DNA of 53,855 bases from Schmidtea nova (Eukaryota), in contig CM097882.1 of the NCBI GenBank assembly GCA_044892505.1, forward strand, positions 524,716,146 to 524,770,000, given 5' to 3'. Position numbers and translations under genes: made by a program. The notes beneath the pieces are model-generated. The model was given only the letters and a program-made list of their open reading frames with translations, made no database searches and was not told where the DNA came from. Shown here one piece after another: positions 1-12,559 of this stretch (positions within the stretch are counted from its first letter, which is position 1; the number at the start of each line of letters is the position of its first letter).

Positions 1-329
1 GGTGGGCACGCATGAGTTCAATGAGAGACAATTTCCGATAATTTATTTTTTAAAGAGCCACCATAGTAAAGTACACATGTTTTTTTTTTTCATTAATTTG
101 ATTAAAAAAGACTTAAACGCTATTAAAACAAAAAGAAAATAATTATTTCAAAATTTAAGTAACAAAAATATAATATAATAAAAATCCATTAATAAAAAGT
201 AATGAAAATCCATTAATAAAAAGTAATAAAAATCCTTGAATTAACGAAGACTCTTCGAATTCAATTTTCAAATTCAATTATCAATGAGCCGCAGTTTACT
301 CAACGAAGGGCCGCATTTGCCCACCGTTG
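1..329. mobile_element. Non-autonomous hAT (Charlie-like) MITE, left end cut by the window edge
   Basis: Window starts GGTGGGCA and 318-329 reads TGCCCACCGTTG (inverted). A subterminal GGGCCGCA motif typical of Charlie-type ends is present. No ORF; TSD not visible. Confidence 0.5.
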
Positions 330-1422
330 GTATATGTATATGTAATGCTATTGTCTGTTGGTCCGTCGTTATTTCTGTGTAATTTTATATAAATTTTTAA
401 AAAACAACCGCCATTTGACTGTCTTTATATAGAGCTAAGTGTTATTATTACAATGAGTATCCGTTATAAGTTGATTATATTGCTGCTTAGAAAAATAGTA
501 ATAATGAACATCATGAATCAAAGTTCTTCTTAGACATATCACTAGGCATTCCCCCTGCTTCATTTTATGCCAATATAAAAGTTGTATAATTTCCCAAATA
601 AATATATAACATTCAACATGACTATTAGGTACAAATTCTAATCACTAAGTGAAATTTATTTATCACAAACAATTAATAAAAGCATCTAATTAAGTATAAT
701 TAAGTTAAGATAATTTAAACCAAATTTTTATTAATTTTAACCCATAATATTGCACATCTGTACCATTTTTACTCAAGTGTTCGAAAGTCGCCTGGAAAGG
801 GTTACAAGTAAAGGTTATGGTCAAATTTTGTATATTTACGTTACAGCGGTACAAACATTGTGTAGAAAATGATTTGGATTGTATTATGAATAAAAATAAA
901 TATATGTCGCACCTCAAAGAGATCATTAGAGATTTTGATTGATAAATGCAATCTCGCGGATGAAAGGTTTAAAGAATTAATAAATTTCATTATTCACATA
1001 TTTAGCACAAACATTAAACAATCTGCGACTACTTCATAAGGATTCTGTCTGGAGTAGGATGATAAATAAATTATATATGTAATAATAATAATATTATTAA
1101 AACAAAAAGAAAACATTTATAATTATCATATAAAGATTAAATTATACTTTAAATTACACAACAAAGCTGCAAAATAATTAACGTGAATTTTTAACATAAA
1201 ATAATAAATATAAAGGATTTCGTTAAATTTCATTGTTAGAGGGGTTTTGTCCTTAAGGGGTAATGGGAATGTTGTCGGGATACTAATATAATACAATTGA
1301 ACGGCAATCTTAATATTAACTAGATAAACAAGGTAGAGTTTATTGCAACGACGACTAAAGATTATTATCATTATTAATTAATTCTTTAGTTTAAAGAAAT
1401 TTTTATAGGTCGTTCTCCTGTG

Positions 1423-1555
1423 NNNNNNNNNNNNNNNNNNNNNNNNNNNNNNNNNNNNNNNNNNNNNNNNNNNNNNNNNNNNNNNNNNNNNNNNNNNNNN
1501 NNNNNNNNNNNNNNNNNNNNNNNNNNNNNNNNNNNNNNNNNNNNNNNNNNNNNNN
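1423..1555. other. Assembly gap (N run)
   Basis: Run of N. Confidence 1.
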
Positions 1556-2395
1556 AAAAATTTTGGATCTTTAATCCATTGATAAAAAATAAATGACACT
1601 TCCTGAAATAAAAAAGAAGAGATCAAAGTAAAGCAAAATAAAATATCCTTATGATATATTTTATTGTTATTTTAATACAATTTAAATTGAAAAATCGCAA
1701 AGTTTTCTGTAAGTTTAGATTCTTTAGCTGCCGAGCAAACTTGCATTTTGTAAGCGACAACAAAGTTCATTTAAACAAATTATCGGTTAATACAAAAATA
1801 TTTTTATTTATCAATGTAAAATTGACATGTTAAATATATCATTATTATTAATTATCTATAAAATTATGTAAATAGAGTTATCTAATGAGAATCTGATTGC
1901 CAGGTGGGGGCCGCATGTCTCTCTCATTTCTATCGGCTTTCTCAATAACACATCCCTATATTCACTTTTCATGATCAATTAAATTAAATAGATCATATCG
2001 ATAATCGATGTTATGAAATCAAAATGTGAATAAATCCATTTGCACATTGTTTGCATGTAATTTTATGATTATTCCGAAAGCAAAAAAATAAAAAAAATCA
2101 ATGATCCATTATAATTGCAGAGATTAACTTCCGGTTTTATATATCGATTGGGAGTAGTGCACTCAGTGGGATGAATTTAATGTCACGATCACTTGTTTTA
2201 TCGATTTGTAAGGTTTTTCATAGCTTTATTCAATTTCAGATGGCTGTAAGCATTTTTATTAAACTTTTCTTAGATGCTGCAAAGGACAGCATATTTTTAG
2301 AATTATAATAATGATAATAATTATTAATATAATTATAATAATAATAATATTAATAATAATATTAATATCAATATCAATAATTTCCATAAGACTAT

Positions 2396-2600
2396 AGATC
2401 AAAATATTTTTAAACAAGTACACAATATTTCGGACCTGCCTTTATCAAGTGTGTATATACACACCTGATAAATGGTTGTGCCGAAATATTGTGTACTTGT
2501 TAAAATATAATTTTGATATTATTGATATTAATATTAAAAAAAGATCAAAGGTGAAACAAAAAGATAATTATGATAATATTAATACTAATAATAAGAATAA
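2396..2600. repeat. Inverted pair of Penelope-like pseudo-LTR ends (hairpin) with degenerate hammerhead motifs
   Basis: Arms GATCAAAA..ACACAATATTTCGG..TTTATCAAGTGTGT and ACACACCTGATAAA..GTGCCGAAATATTGTGT..TTTTGAT centred near 2456. Same family as 13037-13110, which follows a GIY-YIG ORF. Confidence 0.6.
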
Positions 2601-2912
2601 TAATATTTTTTTCGGCTGCTATGATGTATCAGCTCAGATAGATAGCTTACAATCTATCTGAGGTGTTTGCATTTTGGTTCTCACGTCTGTGTGCGTAATT
2701 CGTTATTCGGTTTTGAATTTTTTTGATTTTAATTTTTAATTCGTTTTGATTTTGTTCGAATTGGACTGGTTGTTTTATCAAATCATTTTTATTTGATTTG
2801 GTTTTTGAAAATAAAGTGTTATTTTGAAATTGTACTTGATAATAAAATAAACCTTGGAAATTTAAAATTGTTTGTCTTTTTGAATTGGTTTTTTAAACAA
2901 TTGTTATTTCCA

Positions 2913-3320
2913 ATGAATCTATCGAAAATAGTGAAGTAGAAGCTAATTGCATTGAATTAGCACTTGAAGAAAAATGCTAATCGTAAACGCTTGGAACAGA
3001 CGATTTGAACATTTTGATTGTAGTTTACAGTCAGTTGGGAAATGCTTATTTCTCATTGAGTGATTATGGCAAATTTTTTAAGGTGCCTTAGAGACTTTTC
3101 GGGTGAAGGAAAGACTAGTGGAAATATAAACAATACATTGAAGATATTGGGGATTTTCGACGAATTTTTCATAACAAAGCAAAGGCTACAAAATAAATTG
3201 GCAGACAGGATTTGAGTCAGTTTCCATTGCATATATAGGATGCTCTGGAGAAACCCGCGTTGTATAATCGTGAAAATCTTGATTTATGCAAGAAAATAGG
3301 TAATCGTGCAACTCAGGATT
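2913..3320 (+). pseudogene. GPSM1/2 (Pins/AGS3/LGN) N-terminal TPR region, disrupted and intronless fragment
   Basis: Translated blocks NCIELALE, GTDDLNILIVVYSQLGNAYFSLSDYGK, GEGKTSGNINNTLKILGIFDE, GRQDLSQFP and DALEKPALYNRENL match LGN/AGS3 motifs (CLELALEG, GTEDLKTLSAIYSQLGNAYF, GEAKASGNLGNTLKVLGNFDE) in the same order, with stops and deletions. Confidence 0.8.
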
Positions 3321-3355
3321 TGACATGTGCAAACATTACTATTAATTATTATTAC

Positions 3356-3420
<65 letters not shown>
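3356..3420. repeat. (AAT)n microsatellite abutting a Penelope-like pseudo-LTR
   Basis: About 21 perfect AAT units. Confidence 0.95.
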
Positions 3421-3601
3421 TCATAATTATCTTTTTTCACCTTTAATCTTTTTTTATTATTTATATCAATAATTCCCATAAGGATTACTATAGATCAAAA
3501 TTTCTTTAAACAATAACATAATATTTCGGCACAGCCTTTATCAAGTGTGTGCCGAAATATTGTGTTATTGTTTAAAGAAATTTTGATCTATAGTCATCAT
3601 T
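3421..3601 (-). repeat. Penelope-like pseudo-LTR copy (minus strand) with hammerhead motif at 3512-3550, joined to a short inverted copy
   Basis: Reverse complement of 3512-3550 is ACACACTTGATAAAGGCTGTGCCGAAATATTATGTTATT, nearly identical to 13040-13078. Confidence 0.65.
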
Positions 3602-3778
3602 NNNNNNNNNNNNNNNNNNNNNNNNNNNNNNNNNNNNNNNNNNNNNNNNNNNNNNNNNNNNNNNNNNNNNNNNNNNNNNNNNNNNNNNNNNNNNNNNNNN
3701 NNNNNNNNNNNNNNNNNNNNNNNNNNNNNNNNNNNNNNNNNNNNNNNNNNNNNNNNNNNNNNNNNNNNNNNNNNNNNN
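3602..3778. other. Assembly gap (N run)
   Basis: Run of N. Confidence 1.
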
Positions 3779-4168
3779 CAGTAAATTCAACATAAACGTG
3801 ATATATTTCGATTGTTTAACAATCTTCGTCAGGCAGCAATCAGATAATCAATAATAAAATAGAAAATATGCTTAATTTAATAATATTCATCTCAATACTA
3901 TAGCAAAATTTTAATTTTAAAATTTTAAAATTTTATTTATTTTTATTTTATTCTATTACATAAAATTTTTTAAAAAATTAATTAAAAAACAAACAACATT
4001 TTACATAGAACAACATACATATTATTTTAAAAAAATAAAATAAAATTTAATAAAATTTTAACATTCAACATAAAATTTACAAATTTAAAAAAAAAATTAA
4101 AATGTTTACAAAAAACAAACATAATTACACCACAAACACAATTCGCAACATCCAACCTTCAGTTCAAC

Positions 4169-4520
4169 CTTCCAGATCTTTCTTCGTCCACCACGAAGGT
4201 TCTAACAACTCTGAAAGTAATTGAACCAACAATAAATTGTTGCTGTAGATGGGCACTCTTGTTGGTAAACAGCTTTAGTTCAGAAAGAACCTCTTCTCTA
4301 TTCTTTCCTTTCAGAAAGAGAAAGCGAATAACACTACGGTATTGAATAGTTTCCAAAGGCATTTTTCGAATGTTCGCAAAAATATATTTAAACAATAATG
4401 GATTATTAAAACAAAATACATTTTCTTTACCTATATATGTTGAAGTTTAAATATGTCTGTATCAATTTTTTTACTATTATTATTTCTATATTAGTCTCAC
4501 GACTTATTGGGCGCACCACG
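4169..4520 (-). mobile_element. Truncated mariner (one TIR plus transposase N-terminus)
   Basis: TIR TTAGTCTCACGACTTATTGGGCGCACCACG followed by TA. Minus strand encodes MPLETIQYRSVIRFLFLKGK..VVDEERSGR. Near-identical to 24790-25138. Confidence 0.85.
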
Positions 4521-5395
4521 TATTTTCGACATAGTCTTTTCGAAGTGTGTACATGTAAATTTAGAAAATCACACTTAAAATTGGCTGTGTCGAAAATTCG
4601 TGTATTTCTTTTTAAAAAAATAGATCTAGTCTTTATAAAAAATAAAAATTTTATAATATATTCATATGTTATGAAAATTTGAAATTTGAAAATTAGCATT
4701 AAACGTAAAGAAGGGATTATTTAGCTTTTTAAAACATTTTTTTGAGGAGAAAATTCTGAACAGTGAAAACCTTTAATTTACCGACTCAAACGTTTAGACT
4801 TTCACTGTTCGTATGTTGGAGGTTGGTCTATATTTGTATTATTCCGTAAATGTAAACACTGATTAATTAGTTTGTAAATAATTTATTAAGGATTAATTTA
4901 ACGAGAGAATTGCTTCTCTAAATCCTTTATTAAACTTCCGATAGATCATTCCGCACAGCATGTTGATTAATAAGTTGATTACTACTTGCAAGTGCATCGC
5001 ACCAATTTTGATGGGTGTAAGCGTAGAAGGTTGGGATCTAAAGGTTTATTTGTAGTGATAAATGTTGTTGTTGGTTGCCTTTCTTGATCATGAATCTTAT
5101 TAAAAGAATTTTGGTATGAAAAAAACACTTGTAGTAAAATTAAAATTTTATTGACAATCTCAAATTAAGCTCTAAATTATGACCATAGGGAATAATGGAG
5201 TTGAATTATTTAGAAAAAGAAATTATATAAATAAGGAGAATTTTAATGTCACTCATATTTGATTATATTTTATTGATTTTTAAACTAATTGAAAAAATCT
5301 CTATTGATTATTGGAATTATATTTTTCACGTAAAAATAACTATTAATTAAGTCGATAAATATTAATAAAATTTTAATTTCTGCAGTTTTATTATT

Positions 5396-6595
5396 TTATA
5401 TTGATTTTGATTTTTGCATATAATAATANNNNNNNNNNNNNNNNNNNNNNNNNNNNNNNNNNNNNNNNNNNNNNNNNNNNNNNNNNNNNNNNNNNNNNNN
5501 NNNNNNNNNNNNNNNNNNNNNNNNNNNNNNNNNNNNNNNNNNNNNNNNNNNNNNNNNNNNNNNNNNNNNNNNNNNNNNNNNNNNNNNNNNNNNNNNNNNN
5601 NNNNNNNNNNNNNNNNNNNNNNNNNNNNNNNNNNNNNNNNNNNNNNNNNNNNNNNNNNNNNNNNNNNNNNNNNNNNNNNNNNNNNNNNNNNNNNNNNNNN
5701 NNNNNNNNNNNNNNNNNNNNNNNNNNNNNNNNNNNNNNNNNNNNNNNNNNNNNNNNNNNNNNNNNNNNNNNNNNNNNNNNNNNNNNNNNNNNNNNNNNNN
5801 NNNNNNNNNNNNNNNNNNNNNNNNNNNNNNNNNNNNNNNNNNNNNNNNNNNNNNNNNNNNNNNNNNNNNNNNNNNNNNNNNNNNNNNNNNNNNNNNNNNN
5901 NNNNNNNNNNNNNNNNNNNNNNNNNNNNNNNNNNNNNNNNNNNNNNNNNNNNNNNNNNNNNNNNNNNNNNNNNNNNNNNNNNNNNNNNNNNNNNNNNNNN
6001 NNNNNNNNNNNNNNNNNNNNNNNNNNNNNNNNNNNNNNNNNNNNNNNNNNNNNNNNNNNNNNNNNNNNNNNNNNNNNNNNNNNNNNNNNNNNNNNNNNNN
6101 NNNNNNNNNNNNNNNNNNNNNNNNNNNNNNNNNNNNNNNNNNNNNNNNNNNNNNNNNNNNNNNNNNNNNNNNNNNNNNNNNNNNNNNNNNNNNNNNNNNN
6201 NNNNNNNNNNNNNNNNNNNNNNNNNNNNNNNNNNNNNNNNNNNNNNNNNNNNNNNNNNNNNNNNNNNNNNNNATTGCAAATGGATGAAATATTATAAACA
6301 AATCCAATGTAATGGGATGCTTTTGCCAGCTTTGCCATCTCATTTTGGTAGAATCAAAAGGAATCGTTTCTTTGATGACTGTTAAAATAGTACTGACTAA
6401 CACCAAGCTATCGGAAATGGAAAGAGCCATCAGATACCAATTTGTTGTGCTGCAGCGCATTTGTTTCTGGCTCAGTACCAACAAACAGAGAATGTTGCCA
6501 ATGATGCCTATTGTGGAAAATGTTGGAACCAACACTCCAGAAATTGTGAAGCTTGCTAAATCATTATTAAACTGATTGGAATGAGAAACTTCCAT
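5396..6595 (-). CDS. Class A (rhodopsin-like) GPCR, FMRFamide/peptide-receptor-like; only N-terminus to TM3 visible, 3' end uncertain
   Basis: TM1 IGIIGNILCLLVL (GN motif), ICL1 KQMRCSTTNWYL and TM2 LMALSISDSLVL (LAxxD motif). The remainder lies in the 5429-6272 gap. Confidence 0.8.
   Translation of the reverse strand: MEVSHSNQFNNDLASFTISGVLVPTFSTIGIIGNILCLLVLSQKQMRCSTTNWYLMALSISDSLVLVSTILTVIKETIPFDSTKMRWQSWQKHPITLDLFIIFHPFAXXXXXXXXXXXXXXXXXXXXXXXXXXXXXXXXXXXXXXXXXXXXXXXXXXXXXXXXXXXXXXXXXXXXXXXXXXXXXXXXXXXXXXXXXXXXXXXXXXXXXXXXXXXXXXXXXXXXXXXXXXXXXXXXXXXXXXXXXXXXXXXXXXXXXXXXXXXXXXXXXXXXXXXXXXXXXXXXXXXXXXXXXXXXXXXXXXXXXXXXXXXXXXXXXXXXXXXXXXXXXXXXXXXXXXXXXXXXXXXXXXXXXXXXXXXXXXXXXXXXXXXXXXXXXXXXXXXXXXXXXXYYYMQKSKSI
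5429..6272. other. Assembly gap (N run) inside the GPCR
   Basis: Run of N, 844 nt. Confidence 1.
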
Positions 6596-7278
6596 TTCGC
6601 TTTTCAGATAATCAAAAGATTATTCATTTTAAATATTGATAAACCAAATGAAATTTTCTCATCGGAGTTTGATTGGATGAATTCGAATGAATTTGATTTC
6701 TGATTGGTTCGATGGAATTTCAACTGTGATTTTGGGTTTCATGTCTTTTTGTCTTGTTACTATTACAGTCGATTAATTGTAAATGAACTTTTGTGAAATT
6801 TACTACGCGATTTTATTGTCTTTTATCTTATTTGTGTATATTTCACTTGATTTAATCATATTCATAATCAATTAGAAGAAAATCTTTCTGCGTTATTGGA
6901 TCAAAAACAAAATACCTCAATAAGAAAAGCGGCGTTCTGTCAATTGAATGTTTAGGGAATTATTTTAAATTACTTTTAAATTTTTATCTAGTTTTTTTTA
7001 GTTTAATAAAATTAAGTCTTTTAGTGTTATGGATTCAATTTCTATACTTTATCAAGAATTTTTTAATTTTTTTTTATTATTTTTTTTTTAATTTATGTTG
7101 AATATATGTATAGAAAAGGTGAAATATATATTTATTTAAATAAAAAAATTGTCATTCACTTAAGTTGTCTTTTTTAAGACATTTTATAAAAAATCGTTTG
7201 ATATGATGACAGTATTATAAAAAAATCCCCATAAGCTGGCTTGATAAAACATAATTTGATTTAAACATATGCTATATA

Positions 7279-10015
7279 TAGGCTGACCATTCGTCCCTTT
7301 TTTCAAGGGACAGTCCCTTTTTTCAGTATGGCACTCCTTAAATTTAAATTTTTTTAAAGGGACGCAATTTGTCCCTTGTTCTCGCCATACTTCCCATAAA
7401 GTCCCTTATTTTATTCATATCTCTGAAATACCATATATTTATTGCAACGCGTGAAAATCATTCACAACGGCAAATCTCTTCATTTTTATATCTAACTACA
7501 TTGCAAATTCTATTATTTTGCAGCTACATACAATGCAGCTAGTAAGGGCAGCGACAATGCAATTTTTCTTATTGTGAACAGCACATTTAAATATCAATCG
7601 ATTTCTTATTGTGAATAGAAGAATGTCAAAAAAATGTCAAAAAAAATTTAAAACATATGTTTAAAATAAGTAAATAATTCGTTTTTCTGTTTATTTGAAT
7701 ATTTGTAGTTTAACTGAATATTTGAATATTTAAAGTTAACTTTGTATAAAAATTCTACTAATAATTAGTGAATAATGTTTTTTAAAGATTTTATAAGGAC
7801 ATATATTAGTTTTAATGTTTATTTGAATATTTTAACGTAAGTAACTTTAGATAATCTTAAAATGTTCTATTAATAGTTAGTGAATAATTTTTTTAAAGGA
7901 TGCCACCAAAGCGAAAATGTATTTTTAATGAATTACTAGAAAAAGAATATCCATTTATTAAAAAAACCTCAACAGATAGTGACGTAAGATGTTCCAAATG
8001 TTATGCTGAATTTTCAATTGCGAGCAGTGGCCGCTGGGACATATCGCAGCATTTAAAAAGTGTGAAACACAAAAAAGCTGATATTGCTGCAAGTAGTAGT
8101 AAAAACTTAAATTCATTTTTAAGAAATCAAAACTTTAACGATAGCGAAAAGAATTTGGCTCTTATTGAAGGTGCCTGGGCATATCACACAGTGCAACATA
8201 ATCATTCATTTCGTTCCACTGATTGCACGACAAAATTAATTAAGAAATGTTTCAATGAGAAATTCGCTTGTGCCAGAACAAAATCAGAGGCAATAATTTG
8301 CAATATTTTTACACCATTATCTTTAAATTCAATTGCAAATGATGTGTCTTCTGTGAATTTTTTAACTATTTATTCAGACTGTTCGAATCACGGAAGCGTC
8401 AAACTCTGCCCAATTCTGGGCAGATACTTTTTACCAAAACAAAGAATTGTTGTAAAAATTTTTGAAATTAAACAATTACCAGCAGAAACATCTGACATTA
8501 TAACAAGTTATATTAAGGAAGTTTTAATAAAATATGAAATAGCCAATAAATTGCTGGCTTTATGTGCTGATAATACCAATTGCAATTTTGGTGGCGCTGC
8601 GAGAAAAGGAAAAAATAATTTTTTCTATAAAATGAAAGAATCTATTGTAAGAGACTTAATTGGTGTAAATTGTGCTGGTCACATCGTGAACAATTGTATA
8701 CAAAGTGCAGTAGAAAATCTTCCTCTAGATGTGGAAGTTGTAATAGTTAAGATTTATTCATTTTTTTATATTTATTCAGTACGGATAGAAAAATTAAAGG
8801 AATTATGTGATTTCATAGATGTTGAGTACAAAAACTTATTAGGTTTTAGTAAGACTAGATGGCTTTCTCTTAGACCGGCTATTGAAAGAGTACTGAAACT
8901 ATTTCCTGCATTAAAATCTTTCTTTTTGAGCCAAGAAAAATGTCCTACCATTTTGAGAAATTTGTTTCAAGATCCATGTGCTGAAGTATGGTTAATTTTT
9001 GTACATTCTCAAAGTTCAACTTTTCATAACTATATTATTCAAATCGAATCAGAAAATATATCAATGATTGAAGTTGCAATTATTTTAAAAGAACTAAAAT
9101 TTAAATTAATACAAAGAAGAAATGAAACTTTTTTGCCCTTAAAAGTTCAAAATTTGATTACAGATTTAGAAAAAAATCAAGAAATTGATATTTTAAGATT
9201 CAAAAATACAGTGTTTGCTTTTTATGATACTTGTATAAAATATTTAAGCCAATGGACAAAAGAATTCGAAAATATACTTGTTGTTGAATGGATTTTGTTA
9301 CGAATTGTAATATCTTGGTCAAAAGTTGAAGACGGTTTAGTTTACATCTGTGCAAAAATACCGAATATTGACGATACCGAGTTGTTTGATGAAGTGTCGT
9401 GCATCACAAATTTTGCAACTGAGGAAAAGATAAATGATTGGAATGCAAATAATATATGTGGTGATAAAAGATGGGTGGAAATTTTTCAACATTTTGATGA
9501 ACAAAAAATTTCTTATAAAAATGTCTTGAAAATTGTCGAGTTTTGTTTCTGTTTACCAGGCTCAAATGCACCTACAGAACGAGTGTTCTCCATCATGAAT
9601 AATTTCTGGACAGCAGAAAAATCACAAATGAAAGTTGATACAATTAGATCACTATTAATATGCAAGTGCAATTTTGATCTCAATTGCATAGATTTTTATA
9701 ATTTTTTAAAAGAAGAAAAGGATCTTCTTAAAAAAATTCATTCTACTCAAAAATATTAAAAGTATAATTATATTTTATTTGTATTCTCTTAATTACATTG
9801 TTTTTTCTAGATACTAATTATGAAGATGCAATAATTTTTTGAAAACTAGTGATGAAGACCAAATATTATTTTGTAAAACAATAGTTATTAATTTGCGATA
9901 TTATTTTGTTTCTTATTTTACCTGAATAAAAAGAAGACTGTTTATGTTTAAAATTGGAAAATGTTTTACTTAAATGTTTGTCCCTTATTTTTTCTGTTCA
10001 AAAATGGTCACCGTA
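7279..10015 (+). mobile_element. Complete autonomous hAT DNA transposon (Blackjack-type TAGGGTGACC ends)
   Basis: Left end TAGGCTGACCAT, right end reverse complement TACGGTGACCAT. Perfect 8-bp TSD GCTATATA at 7271-7278 and 10016-10023. Subterminal GTCCC repeats. Confidence 0.92.
7900..9759 (+). CDS. hAT transposase, 619 aa, uninterrupted
   Basis: N-terminal BED-like zinc finger (CSKC..HLKSVKH), catalytic D in YSDCSNH and CADNTNCN, CxxH motif (CAGH), TRWLS, and C-terminal SNAPTERVFS with the catalytic E. Confidence 0.93.
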   Translation: MPPKRKCIFNELLEKEYPFIKKTSTDSDVRCSKCYAEFSIASSGRWDISQHLKSVKHKKADIAASSSKNLNSFLRNQNFNDSEKNLALIEGAWAYHTVQHNHSFRSTDCTTKLIKKCFNEKFACARTKSEAIICNIFTPLSLNSIANDVSSVNFLTIYSDCSNHGSVKLCPILGRYFLPKQRIVVKIFEIKQLPAETSDIITSYIKEVLIKYEIANKLLALCADNTNCNFGGAARKGKNNFFYKMKESIVRDLIGVNCAGHIVNNCIQSAVENLPLDVEVVIVKIYSFFYIYSVRIEKLKELCDFIDVEYKNLLGFSKTRWLSLRPAIERVLKLFPALKSFFLSQEKCPTILRNLFQDPCAEVWLIFVHSQSSTFHNYIIQIESENISMIEVAIILKELKFKLIQRRNETFLPLKVQNLITDLEKNQEIDILRFKNTVFAFYDTCIKYLSQWTKEFENILVVEWILLRIVISWSKVEDGLVYICAKIPNIDDTELFDEVSCITNFATEEKINDWNANNICGDKRWVEIFQHFDEQKISYKNVLKIVEFCFCLPGSNAPTERVFSIMNNFWTAEKSQMKVDTIRSLLICKCNFDLNCIDFYNFLKEEKDLLKKIHSTQKY

Positions 10016-10559
10016 GCTATATATCATATATAGCATATATATAATATATGTTTCATAATGTTTTGAAAGGAATCAACCAAATGAATCTGCAAAATATTTT
10101 ATGACATGAGGGTATTTTCAGATCCTCAATATATGAAATTAATGAAAATGATATCTTTCGCTAACCTGTTTTACGCTTCAATTTTACAAGGAAGCTGGAA
10201 GACTGATTTCATATAACAGCTAGAACAACGTATTAGGAAATCGGTGGATATGGATGCTGTGCTGAAAGATTTGTAAGCCATCAAAGGAAAACTTAGAAAT
10301 AACGTCGAAAATGGAATTTTTCAGTTATTTGGCCCACTATAACCTTCATTATTATCTATAATTTTCACCTTTGATCTTTTTGTTTTTTTTTCAGAAATTT
10401 TAATTTTATTTGAAAACTAGATCAATTTTTTTATTATTAAAAATGACAATTTCATCACCGCTCTAAATTACCTATAGATTATTTTGGTCATTATTTTCAA
10501 AGGTTTTTAAGTCTTTTTTGATACACTTAAAATTTGAAAGTATTTTTACAAACGAAGTA

Positions 10560-11829
10560 CGTGGTGTGCCCAATAAGTACTGTCACTCATAAAGAAAGGC
10601 ATTAGCAAAACTCATGATATTTTGAGGATTCAACAGGCACCCAACATCGAGTCTATTTCTCAAAATAATTTCCATGCAGGTCCATATACTTTTTCCAGCG
10701 AGATGCGAGTTTCAGAAAGGCTTTTCTGAATAATTCTTGAGGATTATTCTTGAAGAACTCCTCCACTGCACGACGAATATCTTCTTTGTCAGTAAAGTGC
10801 TTGCCTCTCAAGCTTCTTTTCAAGTGGTTGAACAAGTAAAAGTCCGAAGAAGCAAGATTTGGACTGTATGGAGGGTGCTTTAACAATTCTAGTCCACAGT
10901 CCTCGATTTTTGATCTGGAATCAGAACTTGTGTGAACCGGGGCGTTGTCATGCAGATATTAGAGCTTGCATACTCTGCTCTTCAGCCTCAGCTTTCTTGT
11001 CCTTTCCACCAGATTTGATTAATAGACACTGTCTATTCTCACACCGTTTTCAGCGAAATCTGTCAAAATAATGCTTTTGGCGTCCCAAAAGACAGATAGC
11101 ATCAAACATTTTCGGTGAGTTGCTGATGAACTCATTTTTTCGTACTAAACTCGATAGGCAATTTCCACTCGAGAGACTCTCTCTTGGACTCTGGGATGTA
11201 TAAAGACAGTTGTGTTTCGTCCTGAGTTATGAAATTTTCTAAAATCGCTCACCAAAACTGTCAAGAATTTTCAAGTTCTTTTCACAGCTTTCAAAACAAT
11301 TAAGCTGCAATTTAGCCATTAAAAACCGTGGAACGAACTGGGAACATAATTTGCGAATCCCGCAAGAGGCAAGGAAAGAAGAAACAGTGCCTTTACTAAC
11401 ATTTAGGCGAGATTTCAACTCTCTGCTGATAATTCTCCGCATTGACTGCATAATTTTCACCAGTTTTCCATTATTTCTTCCACACTTCTCTTCATCCACA
11501 ACTGAGGTTCTGCCATTCTGAAATTCACTGTACCAACGATTTATTGTGCGTTTTGATGGACGTTCTTCTTGGTAAACACCGCATAATTCAAAAATAACTC
11601 CTTCACGGTCTATTCCCTTCAAAATGAGAAAGCGGATGACACTGCGATATTGAACTGCTTCGAGAGACATTTTTGAATTAGTTCTCTGAACACAAACAAA
11701 AAAAACAGGAATATAATCAAACAAACTAATATTTCTATACTTATATAAACACAAGTATATTGGGTAAAATTTTAATATACATGTCATTTGTTTTCTATAT
11801 GAGTAACAGTACTTTTTAGGCGCACCACG
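10560..11829 (-). mobile_element. Full-length mariner with disrupted transposase (about 11670 to 10653)
   Basis: TIRs CGTGGTGTGCCCAATAAGT and ACTTTTTAGGCGCACCACG flanked by TA. MSLEAVQYRSVIRFL, RKLCSQFVPRFL and HPPYSPNLASSDFYLF lie in different frames. Confidence 0.9.
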
Positions 11830-11849
11830 TAACATTCTCACAATTTATT

Positions 11850-12485
11850 TGTTTTATCGTGAACCTAATCTTTCTAAAGAAGATATAGATACAGTTGATT
11901 GCATTATCAGTTCAAAATACAAGAGCAAAATATGATAGTATTTCTTTATTATTTCTGACAAATTCTCACTCTACTATAGTTATAAAACTGTGTCCCCTCT
12001 CCGTCATAATTTTCAATAGAAGATCAGTTAAATCCTGTTAAATCAATTCTACCAATAGCATGAGGAATAGCACATTGGTAGCACAGCTTGAATAGAAAGA
12101 TAGACAGTTAGAGCATTGAAAGTTTCAAACATGAGTGGATAATAATTTGATTGATTGGGACTTCCATCACCGTCAATGTGTGTTCTTCGTGAATCACTCT
12201 CAATTCATTGTAGAAAGAATGATGGGAAATCTTTTCCATATCATACCAGTCCGTAACGGCACCGTTTTTGATTGGGTATTTCAAAATAAGAACATCTCTC
12301 TCCAAGTGAGCTTCATCAATGGCTTAATTGTCTTTGAGTCACAAAACAACAATAACACCTTGATGACGATTTCACTCAAGAATAGAACGGAGAACAGCCC
12401 ATAGAACATCATTTTTAGTAAAAATAGCTTTGCATTTGCTGGATCCATTGCCAATAAGTAAAACAGAAACATCTTTTTCTGCCAT
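11850..12485 (-). pseudogene. Actin pseudogene fragment (about N-terminal two thirds, with stops and deletions)
   Basis: ATG at 12485: [62 protein letters not shown] matches actin [55 protein letters not shown]. In-frame stops present. Confidence 0.9.
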
Positions 12486-12559
12486 TTTGAAATCAAAAGT
12501 TTAATGAGAGAAAAAACGTTTATTAGTTTTCAAATTTAAAAGTCACACAAAATTCGAAA

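Noticed and set aside
5362-6385. Several 300-aa ORFs in the track
   Set aside because: They are artefacts of translating through the N gap; only the minus-strand GPCR frame has real coding sequence.
10440-10557. Possible continuation of the actin pseudogene beyond the mariner (KC..IKKDL-like)
   Set aside because: The similarity is too short and degenerate to support without an alignment.
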